A stretch of 6,196 nucleotides of DNA from an uncultured archaeon (GCA_964468895.1 CAYXWT010000011.1:13266-19461); one strand, 5' to 3'; counted from the stretch's first letter, positions 1-6,179 are shown. Translations and numbers: made by a program. Notes: generated from the sequence alone by a model not told the origin.

Positions 1-203
1 GCAACTCTAGGATCATCTATTTTTTTATAATTGTTCCATTTATTTTCTTGATCACTATATTTCTGAGGTACAGATTTTAATAAAAAAACGGTTGCTTGTT
101 TAATTATTTTTTCATCTACATCAAATAAATTTATATTTTTAGATTTAATTAATTCTTTTGCCTTATTTGAAAATGGATATCTTATAATAAAATTATAAAT
201 CAT
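1..203 (-). CDS. priL: DNA primase large subunit PriL, N-terminal fragment (gene runs off the left edge of the window)
   Basis: This ORF is absent from the supplied track because the window edge truncates it. The reverse complement of 1..203 is open from an ATG (complement of 201..203), with an in-frame TAA just upstream (complement of 207..209). It reads MIYNFIIRYPFSNKAKELIKSKNINLFDVDEKIIKQATVFLLKSVPQKYSDQENKWNNYKKIDDPRV... The YPFSNKAKELIK opening resembles archaeal PriL N-termini as I recall them (Pyrococcus p46 ..DPFSEKAKELLK.., Sulfolobus ..KYPFIKSLDDELKK..). Only 67 codons are visible, so the family call rests on one short motif. Confidence 0.5.
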   Translation of the reverse strand, partial: MIYNFIIRYPFSNKAKELIKSKNINLFDVDEKIIKQATVFLLKSVPQKYSDQENKWNNYKKIDDPRV

Positions 204-291
204 ATATTATATTATACATGAAAAATATAAAAATAGATTTAATTATAAAATATAAGTATAATTTAAATATCTTTTCAATTATAATTAAAAT

Positions 292-570
292 ATGAAATGT
301 ATAAATCATAAAAAGATGCCAGGAATATTAAAAAAATTTGGTCTTAAACCAATAAATGACCATATTGGTAGAAAGCACACTATCTATAAACTAGGAGACC
401 TAGAAGTTCATTTAGGATTACATAATAAGGAACATACAGTTAAGCATTTTTGGAATATCTTTCAACAACTAGGTGTAGAAAAAACAGAAATTGAAAAATT
501 CTTTGAAGATAAAAACTTTAGAAAACAAAAAATAAAAGAATTTAAAGAAAGAACAAATAAACTTAAATAA
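292..570 (+). CDS. Small hypothetical protein with HicA-like (YcfA-type, dsRBD-fold mRNA interferase) sequence features and a Lys/Glu-rich C-terminal tail
   Basis: The 92-aa ORF is not low-complexity and is His-rich. The core ILKKFGL-x8-GRKH-x9-VHLGLH-x9-WNIFQQLGV lines up with the E. coli HicA pattern as I recall it (WLESQGV..GSNH..VMPRH..AILKQLGL), including a G-x-x-H histidine at the position of the catalytic His. The similarity was judged by eye only. No Shine-Dalgarno motif is present. The alternative start at Met9 would give a more HicA-like length before the core. Confidence 0.45.
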   Translation: MKCINHKKMPGILKKFGLKPINDHIGRKHTIYKLGDLEVHLGLHNKEHTVKHFWNIFQQLGVEKTEIEKFFEDKNFRKQKIKEFKERTNKLK

Positions 571-1684
571 AATAGCTTGCTTCTATTAATGCTCCTACTA
601 ACAAAAGTATAAGTGCTAATAAAATCATAAATATTAAATCTCTAATTATTTTCCACTTAAATTCACTAGTAAACATACCTTTAAATAAATCTCTAGAAAA
701 CATAGCTCCTGCAAAACTAATTATAAAATAAGCTAATAATTCTGGAAGACCATGAGGTATGTAACCTAAAAATAAATATAAGGAATTAAATAAGCCTTGT
801 ATTACACCTAAAAAACCACTTGAAACTACAGGTGCTAAAGAAACAAATATATCTAAAGAAATTACAGATGCTAAAATTGAAGAATTCCAGGCAATTAAAA
901 ATATAGCTCCTGCCCCATAAAAAAAAGATAATAAAGCTGCTTTTATAACCACACCTAAATTATTAGTAAAAATAATATTAAAAGCTTTAGAATATGTAGT
1001 ATTAGTTGAATTTATATCTTTACCAATAACTTGACCTGTCAATTTACCTCTAAGTGCATTAATACCTTTAATTTCTTTAAGTTGAGTATAAAATATGTTT
1101 TCTCTTAAACCATTACCTACACTAAAAGTAACTGCATTATCTTCTAAATTAGTTATTAAAAAAGTGTTATTTAGTTTATAATTACTAAATTCTATATATT
1201 GAGTTTTATAAAAACATTTAGATTCCAAAATAGAATCTTTTTCTATTAAAGACGCCAATATACATTCAGATGTGATTTCATCAATATTTATTATATAATT
1301 GTGATTATTAACACCTATAATTTCTATAGATTCTCCAACATTATAAGTATTTAAATTATAACTTAAAGAAAGTACAAAAAATAATATAATATATGAAACT
1401 AAAACTCCTAAAAAAAAATATATTAAAGATACTATTAAAGAATAATGTCTTTTAAAAAATGGTTTGTTATAATTTGAAAGATAAGAACTATATGAAAATA
1501 ATTTTGTAAATATAGGGATAGCTCCTATAGTTATAAAAACTAAAATTCCTAAACTAATATACTCCTTAGGGAAAATAAAATAAGAACAAATTGCAGAAAA
1601 GAAACTTAGAAATAAAGCTTCTAAAAACATATATGCAGGTTTGTGAGAAACCACTGAAGGATTATATAAAAAACCTAAAACCAT
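563..1684 (-). CDS. Integral membrane protein, SpoIIM/DUF95 family, with extra N-terminal TM helices and a large predicted extracytoplasmic insert
   Basis: The 373-aa ORF has multiple hydrophobic helices. The C-terminal half carries the family hallmarks as I recall them: FNIIFTNNLGVVIKAALLSFFYGAGAIFLIAWNSSILAS (F..IF.NN...G.G....NG-like block) and GYIPHGLPELLAYFIISFAGAMFS (PHGxxE block). It starts 15 nt downstream of the thrS stop on the same strand, so co-transcription is likely. Confidence 0.7.
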   Translation of the reverse strand: MVLGFLYNPSVVSHKPAYMFLEALFLSFFSAICSYFIFPKEYISLGILVFITIGAIPIFTKLFSYSSYLSNYNKPFFKRHYSLIVSLIYFFLGVLVSYIILFFVLSLSYNLNTYNVGESIEIIGVNNHNYIINIDEITSECILASLIEKDSILESKCFYKTQYIEFSNYKLNNTFLITNLEDNAVTFSVGNGLRENIFYTQLKEIKGINALRGKLTGQVIGKDINSTNTTYSKAFNIIFTNNLGVVIKAALLSFFYGAGAIFLIAWNSSILASVISLDIFVSLAPVVSSGFLGVIQGLFNSLYLFLGYIPHGLPELLAYFIISFAGAMFSRDLFKGMFTSEFKWKIIRDLIFMILLALILLLVGALIEASYFI

Positions 1685-1699
1685 ATCTATCTTAATTTA

Positions 1700-3607
1700 T
1701 TATTTAATTTCTTTTTTACTTATTTCTTCTTTTAAATCTGCAATAAAATCTAGAACGTCTTTTTCGCCTAATATATTATTATCTCTAGTTCTGACATTTA
1801 CAGTTTGATTTTCAACTTCTTTATCACCAACAACCAAAATATAATTTATTTTTTTTAATTCTGCATTTCTAATTTTTTTATTCATAGTTTGTTGTTTATC
1901 ATCTAACTCAACTCTCAAATTATTAAATTTTAAAATAGATTTGATTTTATTTGCATAATCTATATGTTTATCAGTAATAGGTAATATAATAACTTGAACT
2001 GGAGACAACCATAATGGAAATTTACCTGCAAAATGTTCTATCAAAACACCCATAAATCTTTCAACACTTCCAAAAATAACTCTATGAATCATTACAGGCC
2101 TTTTCTTTTCATTATTTGGAGCTTCATAAGTAAGATTAAATTTTTCAGGCATTTGAAAATCTAATTGTATAGTTCCACATTGCCAAGTTCTACCAATTGA
2201 ATCTTTTAAATGTACATCTATTTTAGGACCATAAAATGCACCATCACCTTCATTTATTTCATATTCTTTTTTAGTAGAATCTAAAACATCTTTTAAAGTT
2301 TTTTCAGCTAAATCCCAAAGTCTTACATCTCCCATTGCATTTTCTGGTTTTGTAGATAATTCTAAAAAATATTCAAAACCAAAAATTGAATATACTTTAT
2401 TAACAAAATCAATTAAATCTAAAATTTCAGATTTCATTTGTTCTTCTGTACAAAAAATATGTGCATCATCTTGAGTAAAACATCTTACTCTAAACAAACC
2501 AGATAGAACCCCAGATAATTCATGTCTATGAACTAAACCAAATTCCCCAGCTCTTAATGGTAAATCTCTATAAGAATATTGATGAGATTTATAAATTAAA
2601 ACATTTCCTGGACAATTCATAGGTTTAAGAGCATAATCTTGATCATCTACTTTTGTAAAATACATATTATCTTTATAGTGATCCCAATGTCCAGATTTTT
2701 GCCACAATGATTGATTTAAAATCATTGGTGTTTTATTAATTTCATAATTTCTTTTATATAACTCTTCAGTCATAAAATTAACAAGTTCATTCCAAATAAC
2801 AGTTCCATTTGCATGAAAAAAAGGCATTCCTGGTGCTTCTTCATGAAAACTAAAAAGGTCTAATTCTTGTCCAATTTTTCTATGATCTCTTTTCTTTGCT
2901 TCTTCCATTTTAAAAATATATTCTTTAAAAACATCTTTTTCAGGAAAAGAAATACCATATATTCTTTGAAGTTGTTTATTTTCAGATTTACCCTTCCAAT
3001 ATGCTCCTGAAGATTTTAATAATTTTACAAATTTAACTTTACCTGTATCTTTTACGTGAGGTCCTTTACATAAATCATACCAATCACCTAACTTATAAAT
3101 ACTTATTTCTTGATCTTTTAAACCTGAAAGTATTTCAAGTTTATAAGGTTCATCTTTAAATAAATCTTTTGCTTTATTATAATCTACAGTGATTCTTTCA
3201 AAAGGTATTTTTTCTTTAATTATTTTTTTAATTTCTTTTTCTAAACTTAATAAATCTTCATCTGTAAAAGGATTTGAATCAAAATCATAGTAAAAACCAC
3301 TTTCAATAGAAGGGCCAATTCCAAATTTAACATCTTTAAATAATCTTTTAACAGCAAGAGCTAAAATATGTGCAGAACTATGCCAATAAACAGATTTGCC
3401 TTCTATATTATTAAATGTTATTAATTCTATTGTTGAATCTGATAAAACTTTTGTAGTAATGTCTTTCATATTTGAATTTACCTTTACAGCAACAAGACCT
3501 TTTAATAGACTATTATCTACTTTGTTTATAATCTCTTGAACAGACAAATTAGCTTCAAGATCTATTTTAGTTTCTTTTTTATTGTTTATAAGTATTATAT
3601 TTATCAT
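1700..3607 (-). CDS. thrS: Threonine--tRNA ligase (ThrRS), bacterial/eukaryotic-type architecture: TGS + N2 editing domain + class II core + anticodon-binding domain
   Basis: The 635-aa ORF carries diagnostic motifs: HSSAHILA (HxxxH) and DLCKGPHV (CxxxH) of the N2 editing domain, RDHRKIGQELDLF, KPMNCPG, FTQDDAHIFCTEEQ (identical to the E. coli ThrS stretch as I recall it) and PVMIHRVIFGS. The three zinc-ligand positions (Cys in MNCPG, His in DDAHIF, His in MIHR) are present. The C-terminal region FPLWLSPVQV...VVGDKE...V.VR.R is typical of the anticodon-binding domain. Confidence 0.97.
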   Translation of the reverse strand: MINIILINNKKETKIDLEANLSVQEIINKVDNSLLKGLVAVKVNSNMKDITTKVLSDSTIELITFNNIEGKSVYWHSSAHILALAVKRLFKDVKFGIGPSIESGFYYDFDSNPFTDEDLLSLEKEIKKIIKEKIPFERITVDYNKAKDLFKDEPYKLEILSGLKDQEISIYKLGDWYDLCKGPHVKDTGKVKFVKLLKSSGAYWKGKSENKQLQRIYGISFPEKDVFKEYIFKMEEAKKRDHRKIGQELDLFSFHEEAPGMPFFHANGTVIWNELVNFMTEELYKRNYEINKTPMILNQSLWQKSGHWDHYKDNMYFTKVDDQDYALKPMNCPGNVLIYKSHQYSYRDLPLRAGEFGLVHRHELSGVLSGLFRVRCFTQDDAHIFCTEEQMKSEILDLIDFVNKVYSIFGFEYFLELSTKPENAMGDVRLWDLAEKTLKDVLDSTKKEYEINEGDGAFYGPKIDVHLKDSIGRTWQCGTIQLDFQMPEKFNLTYEAPNNEKKRPVMIHRVIFGSVERFMGVLIEHFAGKFPLWLSPVQVIILPITDKHIDYANKIKSILKFNNLRVELDDKQQTMNKKIRNAELKKINYILVVGDKEVENQTVNVRTRDNNILGEKDVLDFIADLKEEISKKEIK

Positions 3608-3931
3608 ATATTATCATCTGTTATTAAACTACAATTTATATATAATAATAATAATACGATATATTTTAATAACCTATTTTTAAAAAAATACTTAAAAATT
3701 CTAAAATTAAATTATATTTAACTAATAATTATAAAATCTGGTAATAAATATAATCTAAAAACACAAACATAAATCTATATTTAAATATTTGCTTATATAA
3801 TATATTATATAAAGAAAATATATATAATATAAAAATTTATACTTATTATTTAATTAATTTAAAAACTAACTATTAATATTTATAAACAATATTTTATATA
3901 CTTATAAAATCTTTAAAAAAAATATTAAAAA
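3608..3931. promoter_or_regulatory. Divergent intergenic region, presumed to hold the thrS (minus) and csl4 (plus) promoters
   Basis: This 324-bp spacer lies between divergent start codons, whereas other same-strand spacers in the window are 1-31 nt. TATA-like octamers precede csl4: tttataaa at 3879..3886 and tttatata at 3893..3900, 32-53 nt before the GTG at 3932. On the minus strand, tatatataaa-like sequence (complement of about 3635..3645) sits about 30 nt before the thrS ATG. Both would imply short or absent leaders. In DNA this AT-rich, TATA-like strings occur by chance, so individual boxes are not well supported. Confidence 0.35.
3793..3812. repeat. Perfect 20-bp palindrome ttatataata|tattatataa
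   Basis: I checked this base by base: positions 3793-3802 are the exact reverse complement of 3803-3812, and the flanks (c3792/a3813) do not extend it. The 11-mer tatataatata (3794..3804) recurs as a direct repeat at 3821..3831. Confidence 0.8.
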
Positions 3932-4378
3932 GTGATAAATTTGCAAAATAATATAGAACAAGAAAAAAAAGAATTACAAGATATATTCAAAAAAACTCCT
4001 CAGAAGAAGGCCTTAAATGCTGGAGATATTGTTTTAGGAAAAATTCTTGTTGTAAAAGATAAAATAGTAGTTGTTGCTATAAACGGCTCTGAAGATAAAA
4101 CTAAAGTTTTAAGTCCTGCTGATAGTGGTGTTATATTTATTAAAAACATCTCAAAAGATTATGTAGAAAAAACCTCTGATTGTTATAGAAAAGGAGATTT
4201 AGTTAGAGCAAAAATTACAGAAATAACACCTTTTGAATATAAACTAAGCACTGCTGAAAAAAATCTAGGTGTGATTCAAGGTTTTTGTAAAAAATGTGGA
4301 AAAGAACTAAATTTAAATTCAAGTCAAATAAGATGTTTAAATTGTGGAAATACTGAAAAAAAGAAGGTAGCACAATAA
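3932..4378 (+). CDS. csl4: Exosome complex RNA-binding cap subunit Csl4 (S1 domain + C-terminal zinc ribbon), short form
   Basis: The S1-type block is GDIVLGKILVVKDKIVVVAI...GVIFIKNISKDYVEKTSDCYRKGDLVRAKITEI...YKLSTAEKNLGVIQGFC, followed by the zinc ribbon CKKCG-x13-CLNCG. The start must be GTG at 3932 (or TTG at 3941), because TAA at 3926..3928 closes the frame upstream and there is no in-frame ATG anywhere in the ORF. rpoL lies immediately downstream, and csl4-rpoL is a known conserved archaeal gene pair. Confidence 0.85.
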   Translation: MINLQNNIEQEKKELQDIFKKTPQKKALNAGDIVLGKILVVKDKIVVVAINGSEDKTKVLSPADSGVIFIKNISKDYVEKTSDCYRKGDLVRAKITEITPFEYKLSTAEKNLGVIQGFCKKCGKELNLNSSQIRCLNCGNTEKKKVAQ

Positions 4379-4396
4379 TTTAATTTGTTTGAAATT

Positions 4397-4401
4397 AGGA
4401 G
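4397..4401 (+). promoter_or_regulatory. Shine-Dalgarno-like aggag upstream of the rpoL ATG
   Basis: aggag sits at 4397..4401, 8 nt before the ATG at 4410, and is complementary to the conserved CCUCC 3' end of 16S rRNA. It falls inside the TTG-initiated extension given in the ORF track, which argues for the ATG start. Confidence 0.5.
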
Positions 4402-4409
4402 AAATTATT

Positions 4410-4694
4410 ATGGATATTGAATTTATAAAAAAAGAAAAACAAGAAATTGAATTTTTAGTTAAAAATGAAGATATTTCTTTTTTTGATTTAATTGTAAAAA
4501 TGGCTGGAAAAAAGAAAGAAGTTGAATTTGTTGCTAAAAAAGGAAGCAATCATCTTAAAAAAGAATTTACTATTTATTTAAAAACAAAAGATAAACTTGC
4601 TAAAAACGTTCTTTTAGAATGTATTAACGAAGCTGAAGATAAATTTAATGATTTACTTAATCATCTTGAAAAAGCAAGTGAAAAAATAGAATAA
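4410..4694 (+). CDS. rpoL: DNA-directed RNA polymerase subunit L (Rpo11)
   Basis: From the ATG at 4410 the product is 94 aa: MDIEFIKKEKQEIEFLVKNEDISFFDLIVKMAGKKKEVEFVAKKGSNHLKKEFTIYLKTKDKLAKNVLLECINEAEDKF... This follows the RpoL pattern (I.I.....n.lef.l.gED.t..n.l...l.....V.fa.y...Hpl...p.l.I.Tk.....al..a...l). It is divergent, with NEDISF in place of the usual GEDHTL. Size and the position next to csl4 fit. The track's TTG start at 4389 is less likely (see the SD feature). Confidence 0.78.
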   Translation: MDIEFIKKEKQEIEFLVKNEDISFFDLIVKMAGKKKEVEFVAKKGSNHLKKEFTIYLKTKDKLAKNVLLECINEAEDKFNDLLNHLEKASEKIE

Positions 4695-4695
4695 A

Positions 4696-5400
4696 ATGAA
4701 AATTAAAAATATATTTAAATATTTAGATCCATTTATATATTTGGATTTACTTCTAGAAAAATATATAGGAAACCCAGACACAAAAATTAAAAAAATATTA
4801 TATTGGGTTTTTTATATAATATATTCATTTTTGCTTGCTTACTTATTATATTTTATATTATCATTAGTATTTGGTGTATCTATGCCCTTAGCAATAGTTG
4901 TAAGTTCATCAATGGAACCTAGTTTGTATAGAGGTGATTTAGTAATAGTTACTAAAGCAGATAATTTAAAATCACAAGTTGTAGAACTTAACTATAACAT
5001 AGCAAATAAGGATATTAAAGATTTTGCGGAATTAAATTATAAAAATAACATTTATAATTTAAGGGAAATTGATTCCATTAAAATAGATAATCAAATTATA
5101 GATATTAATAGTATTACTAATAATGATACTGTAATTTATAGATCAAATTTAAAAAATATAGATATTGTTCATAGATTAGTAGTATATATAAAAGCTAAAG
5201 ATGGAAATTTTGTTTTAACTAAAGGTGATAATTTTAAAACAAATAGATTAATAGATCAAGATTGTAATATAGATGAAGACACTGGGCTACCAAAAAACCA
5301 ATGTTTAAATATATATCCTACCTCAATTAATATGATAAAAGGTAAAATTATAGGTAAAATACCATATATTGGATATATAAAACTAATATTTTTTGGATAA
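4696..5400 (+). CDS. sec11: Signal peptidase I, archaeal/ER Sec11 type (S26B)
   Basis: An N-terminal TM segment (ILYWVFYIIYSFLLAYLLYFILSLVF) is followed by the Ser box VVSSSMEPSLYRGDLVIV, the His box DIVHRLV and the TKGDN box, then a C-terminal IPYIGY. There is a His where bacterial enzymes have the catalytic Lys, which indicates the Ser/His archaeal-eukaryal type. The ATG lies 1 nt after the rpoL stop, suggesting translational coupling. Confidence 0.85.
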   Translation: MKIKNIFKYLDPFIYLDLLLEKYIGNPDTKIKKILYWVFYIIYSFLLAYLLYFILSLVFGVSMPLAIVVSSSMEPSLYRGDLVIVTKADNLKSQVVELNYNIANKDIKDFAELNYKNNIYNLREIDSIKIDNQIIDINSITNNDTVIYRSNLKNIDIVHRLVVYIKAKDGNFVLTKGDNFKTNRLIDQDCNIDEDTGLPKNQCLNIYPTSINMIKGKIIGKIPYIGYIKLIFFG

Positions 5401-5429
5401 AATAATAAAAGTATGTGGGGTAATAATAT

Positions 5430-6179
5430 ATGATAAAATTAATAATTAACGATACTAAAGAATTCTATAAAAGTATAGATGCTATAGGTGTATTAATAAA
5501 CGAAGGTTTATTTACTATAGATAAAGATAAATTTTATTTAAGAGCCACAGACCCAAGTCAAATTAGTTTAGTTGATTTTGTAATGCCAAAAGATGCTTTT
5601 GAAGAATTTATATTTGATATTAGTGAAGCATATGGAGAAAAGTTAAGTTTTGGTATAAATATAAATAATTTATTACAAATATTATCTCATTCTAACTCTA
5701 ATGATAAACTTTCTTTAGAAATTCAAGAAGGAAAACCAACACTTCTTTTAGAGTTTTTAGGTAAAAGTAAAAGAAGTTTTACAATACCTTTAATTGATGT
5801 TTCAGATCAACAAAATCCATTACCACAAATTGAATTTGATGTTAATGTTCAACTTAGTTATGAACAATTAAATGCAGGTATTAAAGATGCAGCTTTATTT
5901 AGTTCTCATTTAGTATTTTATGTTGAAGATAATAAACTAATATTACAAACACACAGTAGTAAAGGTGAATTTAAACAAGAAATACAAAATGGAGATGTAA
6001 CTATTACTGGAACTACTGCTAAAGCAATGTTTCCTTTAGAATACTTACAAAACATGATTAAAAATGCAAAAACAACTATAACTCTAAAACTTAAAAATGA
6101 TATGCCAATAGAAATAAGTTATACTATAGGCAAATCAGCAATAAGATATTTCTTAGCACCAAGAGTAGATAGTGAATAG
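5430..6179 (+). CDS. pcn: DNA polymerase sliding clamp (PCNA)
   Basis: The 249-aa length is typical of archaeal PCNA. The N-terminal block FYKSIDAIGVLINEGLFTIDKDKFYLRATDPSQISLVDFVMPKDAFEEF and the C-terminal IRYFLAPRV are characteristic. The only G-run in the 29-nt spacer (gtggggt, 5415..5421) sits 8 nt before the ATG and may be a degenerate SD. Confidence 0.95.
   Translation: MIKLIINDTKEFYKSIDAIGVLINEGLFTIDKDKFYLRATDPSQISLVDFVMPKDAFEEFIFDISEAYGEKLSFGININNLLQILSHSNSNDKLSLEIQEGKPTLLLEFLGKSKRSFTIPLIDVSDQQNPLPQIEFDVNVQLSYEQLNAGIKDAALFSSHLVFYVEDNKLILQTHSSKGEFKQEIQNGDVTITGTTAKAMFPLEYLQNMIKNAKTTITLKLKNDMPIEISYTIGKSAIRYFLAPRVDSE

Noticed and set aside
218-295. 25-codon micro-ORF (MKNIKIDLIIKYKYNLNIFSIIIKI) whose TGA overlaps the ATG of the 92-aa ORF (ATGA)
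   Set aside because: I considered whether it could be a leader peptide or a tiny antitoxin for the HicA-like ORF. It is pure AT-driven Ile/Lys/Asn sequence with no SD, and open stretches this short are expected by chance in this composition. It is far too small to be a HicB.
2580-2585. C-box-like tgatga strings (here and, on the other strand, near 1278 and 4909) as possible C/D box sRNAs
   Set aside because: All of them lie inside well-supported coding regions. None has a correctly spaced CUGA D box or terminal stem that I could find. Hexamers like this are expected by chance.
2614-2631. ThrRS reads KPMNCPGN where E. coli and most ThrRS have KPMNCPGH
   Set aside because: The three zinc-ligand positions (Cys in MNCPG, His in DDAHIF, His in MIHR) are intact and the rest of the active-site motifs are canonical. 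A single His-to-Asn change cannot be interpreted without an alignment of relatives.
3642-3656. (ata)x5 trinucleotide run
   Set aside because: It is only 15 bp of low-complexity sequence in an A/T-only spacer, too short to call a meaningful microsatellite or a phase-variation tract.
3536-3721. 61-aa plus-strand ORF from the track (MNRQISFKIYFSFFFIVYKYYIYH...)
   Set aside because: It is antisense to the thrS start and runs into the AT-only spacer. The composition is low-complexity Phe/Tyr/Ile/Asn/Lys, which is what the reverse strand of AT-rich coding DNA produces. There is no motif, and it is most likely spurious.
3608-3931. Possible replication origin, given the AT-rich spacer with PCNA and PriL nearby
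   Set aside because: Archaeal origins normally lie next to orc1/cdc6 and contain repeated ORB or mini-ORB boxes with a G-rich element. Neither is present here. The AT-richness is not distinctive in this genome.
4337-4549. 70-aa minus-strand ORF from the track, overlapping the csl4 end and the rpoL start
   Set aside because: It is antisense to two well-supported genes. It is Phe/Ser/Ile-rich and low-complexity, with no start context or motif, and is most likely spurious.
4960-5140. Apparent Asn/Ile/Lys-rich insertion in the signal peptidase between the Ser box and the His box, including a repeated ELNY motif
   Set aside because: The Ser-to-His spacing (about 87 aa) is only modestly longer than what I recall for characterised archaeal enzymes (about 70 aa in Methanococcus voltae). 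The extra residues look like AT-driven low-complexity expansion rather than a distinct domain.
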